Positions 11,217 to 21,071 of a stretch of 64,000 nt of DNA are shown piece by piece. The stretch's first letter is position 1, and the number at the start of each line of letters is the position of its first letter. A program made the translations under genes and the position numbers. Below the pieces are notes generated by a model that searched no databases, was not told the origin of the DNA, and was given only the letters and a program-made list of their open reading frames with translations. Source of the stretch: Rhynchopus sp. YZ270_cl-10 (taxonomy: Eukaryota); contig OZ037842.1 in assembly GCA_964035575.1 (NCBI GenBank), forward strand, positions 1 through 64,000, read 5' to 3'.

Positions 11217-14200
11217 CTAATTCTTTTTATTCCCCTTTTTCCCCTTCCTTCCTCCGCTCTGTCTCCCCTTCTGTCCACCACCGCGACCATTGCGCCCTCT
11301 CTGCACCTCCTGGGGCGAGAGCACATGCTGCGTCGCTTGTGCCACTGCGTCGGTGAACACGTTCGACGTGTTGGACCTACCCTGAGCTGCATGGCGCTGG
11401 GGTCCTTTGGGAGCTGGGGAAGGAGCAGGTTGGGCGGAGGAGGTTGCATTGCCACGGCCTGCCGATGAGGAGGAGGAAGAAGTGGAGACTGCAGGTTGGG
11501 CGATGGAGGTTGTAGTGCCACGGCCTGCAGAGGTGGAGGAAGAAGAAGAAGAAGAAGAAGAGGAGGCTTGAGGTTGTCGGCCTATTCCCTCTCGAGCCGC
11601 TCGTGCCTCATTCTCCCTCCTTGTACTCTCCGCTGCAAAGGCCTGCCCCCTACTGCTCCGGTTGTCCGTCAGGGCATGCAACGTCGACTTTGCCTTGCAC
11701 TTTTCCTGAACCGACCACTCATGCAAACCCACCACCTTCATCACCTCATACCACTGAGTGAAAGTAGCGGTAGAGAGGGGGAGTGACAACAAGGGTCTGC
11801 CATCCTGTTTCTCTCCCTGACGGTAGTGGAACAGGGAGATCCACTTCGTCACAGAAGAAGGCACCGGCGACCCCATGGTGAGGCACGGGAAAAGACCCCC
11901 CCTCTCCGTCCGCTCCTCCTCCGTCCACATCCAAGCCTCGCTCTGCGCCCTCAGCAATTCCCTCACCCTCGCTTGCTTCTTCTGGTCAGGGATGCCTTCC
12001 ACTGACAGAGAATGCGAGCGATCCGCCCCCTCCATCGCGGTGTCGAGGTCCTCCTCCTGCTCCTGCTCATCATCATCCATCTCCTCCACCTTCACACGCA
12101 CCTCGGTGTCTGCCGCCTCGGCCTGTCGCCCCACCTCCTCCTCCAGCTGATCCCGAGAAGGGGTTCCCCAGCTGACCCTGCCTTCCCGAACGACGATGAC
12201 CGCGCTGGTCTTGCCCCAGGTATCGCAGTATCCGGCCTCCCCTGCTATCTTCCTAACCGCCTGACGGGCGACCACCGACTCCGGGCAATCACCGTCCCCC
12301 TCCCCGTTCCCACTCCACGGCTGCTGTGTCGCCCAGCAGTACAGGAACTCGCCCGGGCACGGAGAAGCACCTTGAGGACCAAAGAGAGCCATCCAGTCGC
12401 CGACACAGTCAGGTTCAAGTCCTTCAGGGTCGTCGCCCACCGCTCTCCGCACCGCATGGCAGGGGAGGAATAGCCGCCCTTCGCACACCACCCCAAAGCA
12501 CCGCCCGTATGCCACCATGCGTTCTGCCTCCAGCTGTCGGGAGAGGTTCACCGCCGTCAACAACAGAGTGGTCGCCTTCTGCTCCGACTCATGCTTAGCT
12601 GCGATGGCGTAATGCCTCTCGCAGCGTTGCCTGTCATACTCCGCCCGGAGCGACTCTCCTGCTTCGGGGTGCCGATCGCAGTCTTCCAAGTACTGCGCAT
12701 GCATCTTCTTCGCGTCCTCTGCGAGTTCCCGCTTGTGCCTGGCGGTCAGCTCCTCCACACGATGCCTGTCCGCCGCCTTCGCCTGGTCCAGACGCACATT
12801 CTGTTCCTCCAGGAAACGACTCAACTCCTGCTGGCGGTCGCCAAAAGTGCCCCGAAGCGCGGCCAAATCCGGTCCCCACGACCGACGATGCTCCCGCCGT
12901 ACCTCCAGGGCTTGCTGCCACGCGTCCGACGCACGCTGCAACGCTTCCTTCTTATCCTGGTCCGCCTTTTGTTGTTGCTGCTTCTGCTGTTTCCGTTGCT
13001 TCTCGTGCTTCTGCTGCTTCTGTTCTGCCTGCTGCCCCTCTTCGCCCGCCATTGGCGTGTCTACCTCCTCGACGTCCTCGCCCTCGGGAGCTGGCACTGC
13101 TGGAGAAGGAGCCCGTTTAGGTGGTGGGTCTCCGCTCCCCTCCGCAGAGGCAGCCTGAGCCGGAACATTCGAGTGCAAAAAAGACAGGGCACTGAAGTAT
13201 TCCGCCCTGCCAATTTGCGACAGAGGGCAGTGCTTGGACCCCTGAGCGCAGTGCAGACATGCCAAGCCACCACACGTGTGACAGCAGAAGTGTGCGTCCG
13301 ACGCATCGAAGAGCTTGCTGCATTGTTCGCACTGCAGGAAAGTGTTCGACGCCTCCGCCTCCCTCGCTCCCACAAAAGCCATGGGGCGCTCTGACTGGCA
13401 CTCCCCCTTACCACCTGTGGCCTCAAAAGACAGGATGTGCTGCTGCAGAGCCGGGTCCATGGTGAGGGGCTCGTAGTGTCCCGGGATACTGCCGGATCCA
13501 TCTGCCGCATCCTGATCACCCGAGTGGAGGAGAAGGACCACTGCCTTAGGCCGTTTTCTTGGCACCATCAGAGAAGGGCGGGCGAACTCGTTGAGGATGA
13601 CCACAGATACCTCAAGAGCCTCCCCTGCCCCCGCCACTGCAATGGCATCCGCCCACGTACGCTGGTCTCCTCTGTCCCCACTCGTCATCAGCCGCTGCCA
13701 GACCCCAAAATTAGGGACAGCCGCACTCGACAGATCAGCGCGGCCCTGGACCTTCTTCACTGCCGCCTGGCGCAGACCCTCCACCGTCAAATCCGTGCGC
13801 CCGGTGGCGAAGAGCAAAGCCTCAAAAGCACAGTCCCCCGCCACAAACGACCAAGTCACCTTCGAGGCTCCCAGCTTGGCCGCCTGCTCCGTCGCCCGAG
13901 GCCTCTGCGCTGCCGGGCACTCACGCAAAAACTCCCACTCACGCACCACATCGAGACCAGGCCCTTCCGGAATCACGGTGGCCGAATCGAACCTCCCGGT
14001 CCGCTTCCTCGGTGGCTCCACGTGGTCCGGCTTCACGTCCCTCTTGCGCTTCCCCTGCTGCTCCTCCGTTCGGTCTGCAGGACGACTCATATCGTCGTCA
14101 GGGTTCGCATCGTCACAGAGAGGTTCCACGGCCCCTGCACTGCGGCGTCCAAACCGGTCCATGTCCTCTGCAGACGGTGCCACATCTACCTCCACACACG

Positions 14201-17200
14201 GCTCCCGCTTCAGGGTGGCAATCCCTACACACATAGCACCCCGCTCCAGAAAGGAAGATGCGACCTTTTTCTGGTACGCCACCGCAATGCTCTCCCGGAT
14301 GCGCAACTCTGCCGACCCTGTCAGGTGCGACGTCTGTCCCGTCGTCAGGCCTCCAAGCTGCGCAATCAAGAGGTTCGCCTCGTCGCCTGCACCCCCGAAG
14401 GCTTCAAACACAATAGGGGAGAACTTGGTATTGATCTTGTTCAAATCCCGCTCGTGCTTCTCCCGTTTGACCTGGCCCTGGTTCTTCGCCGACCAGCCCA
14501 CAAACTTCGAGGCCCCTGTTCTGTAGGAAGGCAAGGTGGGGCACACGTGGGTGATGTCCAAACAACGAGGTCCATTTTCCGCCACTCCTACTGGGAGGTA
14601 GACGTCGCCTGGCCGCTTCTTCGACTCCAACTCCACTCGCACGGTCTCCTCCAAAGCAGGGTCCAAGCCCGCCCCTTGAGCAGCTCGGTACACCGAATCC
14701 CGCAAGGCGTTGTGGCGGGCGACGCGGTGTTTGGAGTAGGGGCAGCCAAAGGTGTGGTCGCCAAAGGAGTCCATGACAACCCTTTTCTGCCCCCCCTGAC
14801 ATGCCGAGCAAGTCGTTCCCTCCGCATGGATGGCCACCCCTAGTCGGAAACGGGTCACAACCGCAAAATCCGCTGAAGACATCTGGTTCCTTGCTGAGGG
14901 TGTCGCCGTGAGGTACGTCCCGGAAAGCGGCAGGAGAAGGGACTTCATCCGTGCTCGGTCTCGCATGCAGAGCTGTTGCATCAACTTGTCTGCCTGGGCG
15001 TCAATCACCGCAGATGACAGACTCTGCTGCTCCAGGATCTTCTTCGGCTGGGCCCTGTCCACGTGAAACGCCACCGGTACCCTGGAGTTGTACTCCTCAG
15101 CCGCGCTGTTCCATCTCTCCTCATCCCAGGTGAAGGCAGGGTCCAAGGCCTGCGACAGTTGCAGGTTCCCTGACTGAGAGGCGAGGGACGCAGCTGTCCG
15201 ATGGTCCACGGTGCGACGGATACCCAGCCCCCCAAGCGCCACAGGAAGCGCCGCCTGCGCCCTTGCCAACTCCGGCAGCGCCCCATCCGGGTCATGCAGA
15301 AGCGCAGCCAGGCACCTGTCGATCAGGTCGTCAAAGGCCGTCAGGTACTCCGCGCACTGTGGGATCCCCCGCATGTAGAACACCATGCGGCAGTAGCCTT
15401 CGCAGTATCTCAGTACGTAGAAGGCTGCCTGGGAGTCCCCGAGGTCCACAAGGGCTTCCAGGTTGCGGCGGGAATCGTCCACCTTCTGGGCCATGTACTC
15501 CTCGCAGAAAGCCACAGACCCAATGGGGATGCCCAAGAAGTCGAACCCATCCACATCCAACAGCCGGAACCCGCCTTCACCCATGGCGTCCTGTCCACCC
15601 TCGTTCAACGTGAACCCCACGGCCTCGAGATCCTCCTTGGAGACGCCACCAGTGGAGATGAGCTCACACTTGTTCGCGTTCACCTCCAACCCCAGTTCGG
15701 AGCTACGAGTGCACAGAACCTGGTACGCCTCAAAAACCGCCTTAGGGGACCCCCGCAGAGAGCCGTCATCGAGGTACCACAAAGTCCCATCCAGGCCTGG
15801 GTGCCCCTTCAGCTCTAGCGCCATCTGGTGGATGGTCAGGGAGAAGAGAAGCGGGCCCAAGGGATCTCCTTGTTGAGCTCCGCGCTGTGACCTTATGGTA
15901 TCCCCACCATAAAACAGGCTGGAGGGCTCCAGGTAACACCATCGCACCCATGGGGCCAGCTCGGGGAGGTTCGCGTCGACCGCTCTTAGCATCGACAGGC
16001 GGTCTACGCAGTTGAACGCGTTACGGTAGTCAATTTTCAAAATGACTTTACCTTTTCCGCGGTTGCGCACGGCGTACTGCGAGATAACATCAGTCGCCAC
16101 TGCCGCCCCCCTTGCCGTTGCCACCCCCACCTGGTTCCCTCGAAGAAGAAGCGTCCTAGCAGGCACCCGCACTCGCGCCGACAGAATCTTTCCCACCAGT
16201 CTGCGGAGAGTGTCCCCAACCGCAATCGGTCGCACGTCCTCCTCCAGGCCCGGCCCCTTTGCAGGCTTCCGGAGAGCCACCAAGTTAGCGCCGGCGAAGA
16301 ACTCAGCCACCTCCACTGGAGCATTTCCTCGTGCCAAAGACGTCAACACTGCGGCCAGCGCTGCCAAAGTGCCCTTAGCCCGCCTCTGTAGGCAAAGTGT
16401 ACGAAGGTGCGCGCCCGTCACGTTCGAGGGACCCGCCGCCGATGACTTCGGCATGCTCCGCAGGGCCTTCATCACCTCCACCACTGTCACCGGTGGGACC
16501 TCCTGAGGCTGGGGCCAATCCGCCTGCTCCAGGGCCTTGGAGTCGGCAGCGGCTGGGTGCTTCGTCTGAAGCTTTTCCAGCGTCGCCGGTGTCTGTGGGG
16601 CGAGGCCGTCGCTGGTAGCGCATGACATGGCCTGGCTCGGGAGTCCTGCTCTCGCTTTGGCGATGGTGCGCTTCCGTCTCCCTTCGTCAGTGTCTTCATC
16701 CGACCACCCCGAGGGCCTTGGCTTCCGCTCCTCTACCGTTTGCTCCCACAGGGCGACATACTGGCCAGCCTTCCAAGCCTCCAAGTCCTTCCCCCAGGTG
16801 CTCGTCAAACGTCGCTCCTGGTCCTTGCCCCCTCGTTCTGTCCGTGTCCGGTGCAACACTGTGAAGAACAGTGCAAGGCGCTTCCAGGCCACCTCGTCCT
16901 GGTACTCCAGGATGTCCATGAGGACCCTCAGGAAGAGCTCGCTGTACAGCTGTAGGTGTTTGTCTGGGCACCCGCCCTTCAGCTGGATCCTGGTGGTCCC
17001 CATGACTTCAAAGGAGGGGAGGTCATCCTGATCTGTCAGCATTCCTCGACTGGAGGGAGACGGAGCGGTGAAGCCTTCTTCGCCAAAGTGCACCGTACAG
17101 GTGTTGCAGACCTCCTTGCTCTGCGGCAATAGCATGTCGCACTGATCGTTCGCACAGCGCGACATGCCCAAGTGGCCCAACAGCTCGTCGGGGATGTACG

Positions 17201-18872
17201 CTCCATCCGCCTGGTGGCGACGCATATGCTGCAGCAAGCCCTTACGAGACAGGCCCCCGACCGCATCACTCGAAGACAAAATTCCCGCTCTGCATCCATC
17301 AAAGGGGCAGAACACCCGATCCGCATTGATGTGCCCCAGCTTGGTAGCCAGGGGGGCGGTGGTGGTGGTGTTGGTGGGGATGATGCCATCCAAATGCGCT
17401 GTGTCCAGCACTGCCTGCCGAGCCTCCTTCCTCATCTTCTCTGCCATCCCCTCCTTGGTCTTCCCCACCTCCGGGACAAGCTCCACTGCCTCAAAGTGAG
17501 AGTCACAGAGAGCGATGACGACCGTGGGAAGTTTCGCTTGGAAGCTCTCCGCGTACGACTTGGCGACTCTTTTGCTACCAGGGGTGATGCGCACGAGGGG
17601 GTTCTCTTCCGACGCCTGCACCACCACGATGTTGATGCGGGATGCTGTCGCGGTGAGCTGAAGCCCCAAGTGGTTGAGGTGGGCCTCGCCGGTCACACCA
17701 TTGGCAAACTCCGTCATGGCCTCCTGCGACCCCAGCACCTGCACCAGGCGGTTCGACACCTCCACTGCTGTGTCATACAGCTGCTTGCGCATTGCCCTCA
17801 CGTCCGGCTGCGTGTCGTGGTCCCAGAGGTGTAGTGCCACATAACCACAATCATTAGTAGACACGTTGGGGATGCGTTTAGCTCCAAACTTCGCCAGAGT
17901 CGCGTCCACAGACACCGCCTGCTCTGTATACGCAGGAGCGTTCACGTTTGCGCACCCACCGGTCAACGCAAACGGGGACAAGCTTACCGGGTGCTCCGGA
18001 TCAGCAGGGGCAGGGCGCAGGTCCCAGGGCGTCACCGCTCGCCACAACAACGACAGCAAGACCAGTAGGGACACCGCCAGCATGCCAAATGCCATCCCGA
18101 TCCTACGAGTCCACCTGCGTGCTGCCACACGGCGCACCTCCAAGAGAAGAACCCAGCCAAGTGGGCGCGCGACGCCGACCAGTGCCACAAAACCCGCCAA
18201 ACAACCACCTGCGGACCATGCAACCCACACCCACTCGGCTGCACGCACCGACAACTGACCCACCCCCATCACACTGGCTCTCACCAAGCTGGCAGCCACT
18301 CGGATCCCTCCGGTCCATCGGTGCACTCGCTCGCTCGCCCCTTCCAGCCACCGCCACCCCCTGCGTGCGCGGCACAGTCCCCGCAGCAGACCCACCCCCA
18401 GCACCTCCGCGTCCCGAAACAGCGCACAACCCAAAGCATGTGGCGCTGACCTCCCAAGCTCAGACCCCACAAAAACCAGAACCCAGATGGCCACACACTG
18501 CAAAGCACCTCTCAACGCATCGGCGACCCTGATCCTGCGGAAAACTGGGTGCGCTGCCGGGGAGGGCGGACGATTGCAGGGCGCCTTGCGCCGACGGAGC
18601 CTGCCCGCCTGTGACTTGGTCCAGTTCAAGGACCGGTGTCCTCGTCGCGTCCTCCTGGTCCTCCTGCCCACCAGCCACAAAATGAGATGACTGAGGGTAG
18701 GGGCGCGTCTGTCCTTCCACAGATCCAGGACCGCGAACGACACAAATACTCCCCACTCAGGTGCCTCGGCTACCCAGCAGGGGTCAGGCTGACGCAAGGA
18801 GGTGAAGACCTCCCAGAGGTTGCACGGTGTGAGTCGAACCAAAACTCTATCTGTACACACCCCTTTTGCCAC
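11217..18872 (-). CDS. Retrotransposon polyprotein: OTU-like protease, zinc fingers, reverse transcriptase, restriction-like endonuclease, second OTU-like protease, Cys-rich finger, coiled coil
   Basis: RT motifs RPIAVGDTLRRLVGK, KIDYRNAFN, GAQQGDPLGPLLF, WYLDDG (~15762-15779). RLE motifs CSAC..DHTFGC, RHNALRD, RPGD..LDITH..KREKH..PIVFEAFG. C2H2 finger CPFDGC..HMRRH. OTU-like NDCGY..SHF and GDCAF..WAD..GHY. The annotated start is GTG and the first in-frame ATG is at 18269, so the true start is uncertain. Confidence 0.95.
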   Translation of the reverse strand: MAKGVCTDRVLVRLTPCNLWEVFTSLRQPDPCWVAEAPEWGVFVSFAVLDLWKDRRAPTLSHLILWLVGRRTRRTRRGHRSLNWTKSQAGRLRRRKAPCNRPPSPAAHPVFRRIRVADALRGALQCVAIWVLVFVGSELGRSAPHALGCALFRDAEVLGVGLLRGLCRARRGWRWLEGASERVHRWTGGIRVAASLVRASVMGVGQLSVRAAEWVWVAWSAGGCLAGFVALVGVARPLGWVLLLEVRRVAARRWTRRIGMAFGMLAVSLLVLLSLLWRAVTPWDLRPAPADPEHPVSLSPFALTGGCANVNAPAYTEQAVSVDATLAKFGAKRIPNVSTNDCGYVALHLWDHDTQPDVRAMRKQLYDTAVEVSNRLVQVLGSQEAMTEFANGVTGEAHLNHLGLQLTATASRINIVVVQASEENPLVRITPGSKRVAKSYAESFQAKLPTVVIALCDSHFEAVELVPEVGKTKEGMAEKMRKEARQAVLDTAHLDGIIPTNTTTTAPLATKLGHINADRVFCPFDGCRAGILSSSDAVGGLSRKGLLQHMRRHQADGAYIPDELLGHLGMSRCANDQCDMLLPQSKEVCNTCTVHFGEEGFTAPSPSSRGMLTDQDDLPSFEVMGTTRIQLKGGCPDKHLQLYSELFLRVLMDILEYQDEVAWKRLALFFTVLHRTRTERGGKDQERRLTSTWGKDLEAWKAGQYVALWEQTVEERKPRPSGWSDEDTDEGRRKRTIAKARAGLPSQAMSCATSDGLAPQTPATLEKLQTKHPAAADSKALEQADWPQPQEVPPVTVVEVMKALRSMPKSSAAGPSNVTGAHLRTLCLQRRAKGTLAALAAVLTSLARGNAPVEVAEFFAGANLVALRKPAKGPGLEEDVRPIAVGDTLRRLVGKILSARVRVPARTLLLRGNQVGVATARGAAVATDVISQYAVRNRGKGKVILKIDYRNAFNCVDRLSMLRAVDANLPELAPWVRWCYLEPSSLFYGGDTIRSQRGAQQGDPLGPLLFSLTIHQMALELKGHPGLDGTLWYLDDGSLRGSPKAVFEAYQVLCTRSSELGLEVNANKCELISTGGVSKEDLEAVGFTLNEGGQDAMGEGGFRLLDVDGFDFLGIPIGSVAFCEEYMAQKVDDSRRNLEALVDLGDSQAAFYVLRYCEGYCRMVFYMRGIPQCAEYLTAFDDLIDRCLAALLHDPDGALPELARAQAALPVALGGLGIRRTVDHRTAASLASQSGNLQLSQALDPAFTWDEERWNSAAEEYNSRVPVAFHVDRAQPKKILEQQSLSSAVIDAQADKLMQQLCMRDRARMKSLLLPLSGTYLTATPSARNQMSSADFAVVTRFRLGVAIHAEGTTCSACQGGQKRVVMDSFGDHTFGCPYSKHRVARHNALRDSVYRAAQGAGLDPALEETVRVELESKKRPGDVYLPVGVAENGPRCLDITHVCPTLPSYRTGASKFVGWSAKNQGQVKREKHERDLNKINTKFSPIVFEAFGGAGDEANLLIAQLGGLTTGQTSHLTGSAELRIRESIAVAYQKKVASSFLERGAMCVGIATLKREPCVEVDVAPSAEDMDRFGRRSAGAVEPLCDDANPDDDMSRPADRTEEQQGKRKRDVKPDHVEPPRKRTGRFDSATVIPEGPGLDVVREWEFLRECPAAQRPRATEQAAKLGASKVTWSFVAGDCAFEALLFATGRTDLTVEGLRQAAVKKVQGRADLSSAAVPNFGVWQRLMTSGDRGDQRTWADAIAVAGAGEALEVSVVILNEFARPSLMVPRKRPKAVVLLLHSGDQDAADGSGSIPGHYEPLTMDPALQQHILSFEATGGKGECQSERPMAFVGAREAEASNTFLQCEQCSKLFDASDAHFCCHTCGGLACLHCAQGSKHCPLSQIGRAEYFSALSFLHSNVPAQAASAEGSGDPPPKRAPSPAVPAPEGEDVEEVDTPMAGEEGQQAEQKQQKHEKQRKQQKQQQQKADQDKKEALQRASDAWQQALEVRREHRRSWGPDLAALRGTFGDRQQELSRFLEEQNVRLDQAKAADRHRVEELTARHKRELAEDAKKMHAQYLEDCDRHPEAGESLRAEYDRQRCERHYAIAAKHESEQKATTLLLTAVNLSRQLEAERMVAYGRCFGVVCEGRLFLPCHAVRRAVGDDPEGLEPDCVGDWMALFGPQGASPCPGEFLYCWATQQPWSGNGEGDGDCPESVVARQAVRKIAGEAGYCDTWGKTSAVIVVREGRVSWGTPSRDQLEEEVGRQAEAADTEVRVKVEEMDDDEQEQEEDLDTAMEGADRSHSLSVEGIPDQKKQARVRELLRAQSEAWMWTEEERTERGGLFPCLTMGSPVPSSVTKWISLFHYRQGEKQDGRPLLSLPLSTATFTQWYEVMKVVGLHEWSVQEKCKAKSTLHALTDNRSSRGQAFAAESTRRENEARAAREGIGRQPQASSSSSSSSSSTSAGRGTTTSIAQPAVSTSSSSSSAGRGNATSSAQPAPSPAPKGPQRHAAQGRSNTSNVFTDAVAQATQHVLSPQEVQRGRNGRGGGQKGRQSGGRKGKKGNKKN

Positions 18873-20337
18873 ACCCGCATCATCACACAGCCACTCTGTC
18901 CTTCTCGCCCCGCAAGGCTGACCCCGAACACCAGCATACCTCGCTCACCACCCCCTAGGTTGTTGTCGCTGATGTTGTTGCTGCGTCTGCTGTTGATGTT
19001 GGTGCTGCTGTTGGACCTGCTGTTGGAACTGCTGCTGGAACTGCTTTTGGAGACGCTGTTGGAACCGCTGCTGCAGAAGTCTGTGGAACTGCTGTTGAAA
19101 CTGCTGTTAAGCCTACTGTTGGAACTGCTGTTGGACCTGCCGTTAGAGCTGCTGCCGCAGAAGTCCTTGCTGATGAAACTGCTGTTGTGCCTGCTGTTGT
19201 GCCTGTTGCTGGAACTGCTTTTGGAAACGCTGTTGGAACTGCTGCTGCAGAAGCCATTGGAACTGCTGTTGAAACTGCTGTTGTTGTGCCTGCTGTTGGA
19301 ACTGCTGCTGGACCTGCTGTTGGAACCGCTGCTGCAGAAGTCTGTGGAACTGCTGTTGAAACTGCTGTTAAGCCTACTGTTGGAACTGCTGTTGGACCTG
19401 CCGTTAGAGCTGCTGCCGCAGAAGTCCTTGCTGATGAAACTGCTGTTGTGCCTGCTGTTGTGCCTGTTGCTGGAACTGCTTTTGGAAACGCTGTTGGAAC
19501 TGCTGCTGCAGAAGCCATTGGAACTGCTGTTGAAACTGCTGTTGTTGTGCCTGCTGTTGGAACTGCTGCTGGACCTGCTGTTGGAACCGCTGCTGCAGAA
19601 GTCTGTGGAACTGCTGTTGAAACTGCTGTTAAGCCTACTGTTGGAACTGCTGTTGGACCTGCCGTTAGAGCTGCTGCCGCAGAAGTCCTTGCTGTTGAAA
19701 CTGCTGTTGTTGAGCCTGCTGTTGGAACTGCTGATGGACCTGCCGTTGGAGCTGCTGCTGCAGAAGTCTTTGGAACTGCAGTTGAAACTGCTGTTGTGCC
19801 TGCTGTTGGAACTGCTGCTGGAACTGCTTTTGGAAACGCTCGTGGAACTGCTGCTGCAGAAGCCGTTGGAACTGCTGTTTAAACTGCTGTTGTGCCTGCT
19901 GTTGGAACTGCTGTTGGACCTGCTGTTGGAACCGCTGCTGCAGAAGCCTTTGGAACTGCTGGTGAAAAAGCTGTAGAGCCTGCTGTTGGAACTGCTGCTG
20001 TAAAGGCCTTTGGAACTGCTGCTGCTGCACACCAGGGGTGATACTGGGACCCCACCCAGGACTCCGAAGATTTCGTTTTTGCTGCTATCACAGTTGCAGC
20101 CACTGATGTGGTTGGGCATACATTGCCTCTTTTTGGGGATATCATGGAGGGAAGGGGGGTGTGGGTTGTTATGACAACAGTTCTTTGCTTTGTTGCCTCC
20201 ACACACGTTTTTGTTGCTGCTATCAAAGCTGCAGCTGCTTGGGTTGTTGGGCTCAAGAGGCCTCTTTTTGGGGTAAAAAAGGGGGGGAAGGGGGCTCCTG
20301 CTACTGCTGTTGATGCAGCTTAAGTTGTTGCTCCTGT

Positions 20338-20378
<41 letters not shown>

Positions 20379-20827
20379 TTGTTGCTGCTGCTCTTGTTGC
20401 TGCTGTTGCTGCTGCTGCAGTTGCAGCTGGTGTAGCATATGTTGTTGCTGCTGTTGCTGCTGCTGCTGCTGTTGCTGCTTTTGTTGCTGCTGTTGCTGCT
20501 GTTGCTGCTGTTGCTGCTGTTGCTGCTGTTGCTGCTGTTGCTGCTGTTGCTGCTGTTGCTGCTGTTGCTGCTGTTGCTGCTGTTGCTGCTGTTGCTGCTG
20601 TTGCTGCTGTTGCTGCTGTTGCTGCTGTTGCTGCTGTTGCTGCTGTTGCTGCTGTTGCTGCTGTTGCTGCTGTTGCTGCTGTTGCTGCTGTTGCTGCTGT
20701 TGCTGCTGTTGCTGCTGTTGCTGCTGTTGCTGCTCTTGTTGTTGCTGCTGGTGTAGCTCCTGCTGCTGCTGCTGATGCAGACATGCAGCACCACCCACAA
20801 CGCCCCCAAAAGGGCCTTCCTCCTCAT
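18770..20827 (-). CDS. Possible ORF1 of the retrotransposon, 685 aa, Ser/Asn-rich low complexity with a signal-peptide-like N terminus
   Basis: First ATG downstream of the SL/ribozyme (20827, MRRKALLGALWVVLHVC). The frame stays open through all repeats and overlaps ORF2. It could equally be a by-product of CAG/CAA-type repeats. Confidence 0.35.
19010..19990. repeat. 261-bp tandem repeats made of 12-bp subunits (CTGCTGTTGGAA) in the element's 5' region
   Basis: CTGTGGAACTGCTGTTGAAACTGCTGTTAAGCC at 19081, 19342 and 19603. Confidence 0.9.
20330..20775. repeat. (GCTGCTGTT)n / CAG-CAA triplet tract
   Basis: The 9-bp period is pure from ~20482 to 20733 and degenerate on both sides. Confidence 0.97.
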
Positions 20828-20881
20828 TTTTAAAAAAGCAAAAACCAAAAAACGAAAACAAAGAAGGACAAGACACACTAC

Positions 20882-21033
20882 GCCTTGCGCTTCGCCGGCC
20901 TGCACTCCTCTACCGTTGCCCAGGGACCGCCCCGTGGAGGCGTACAAGGCTCACAATAAAACAAAGGAAAGGGGGAGGGAGGGAGGGTAAAAAGAAAGGA
21001 CAAGTGTGTTGTAATGTGTAAAAAATGGTCCCC
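20882..21033 (-). ncRNA. HDV-like self-cleaving ribozyme (predicted fold)
   Basis: Minus strand: P1 GGGGACC (21033-21027) / GGTCCCT (20928-20922) with a G1-U wobble. J1/2 is ~76 nt and pyrimidine-rich. P2 GCCTTGTAC (20950-20942) / GCGCAAGGC (20890-20882), P3 GCC/GGC, L3 TCCACGG, P1.1 CC/GG, then GCAAC, a short P4 and J4/2 GGCGAA (catalytic C equivalent at 20894). Confidence 0.88.
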
Positions 21034-21071
21034 AATGAAGTACAGAAACTGTAGCTTTAGAAATCGTTGGT
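21033..21071 (-). other. Spliced-leader (SL) exon sequence, diplonemid type, not followed by an SL intron
   Basis: Minus strand reads ACCAACGATTTCTAAAGCTACAGTTTCTGTACTTCATTG (39 nt). It closely resembles the Diplonema SL exon as I recall it (AACCAACGATTTAAAAGCTACAGTTTCTGTACTTTATTG) and the kinetoplastid SL 3' half. The next bases are GGGACC, not GT. Confidence 0.9.

Larger units (their letters stand above)
10188..21071 (-). mobile_element. Full-length CRE/SLACS-like non-LTR retrotransposon (RLE class)
   Basis: Poly(A) (T41 at 10188-10228), ~1-kb 3' UTR, a 2551-codon ORF with ZnF-RT-RLE, a tandem-repeat-rich 5' region, and an HDV-like fold and SL exon at the 5' end. Confidence 0.93.

Noticed and set aside
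12012..19976. Plus-strand ORFs antisense to the retrotransposon (e.g. 468 aa, 446-aa Leu-rich)
   Set aside because: They are shadows of a GC-rich coding strand and CTG repeats, with no recognisable motifs.
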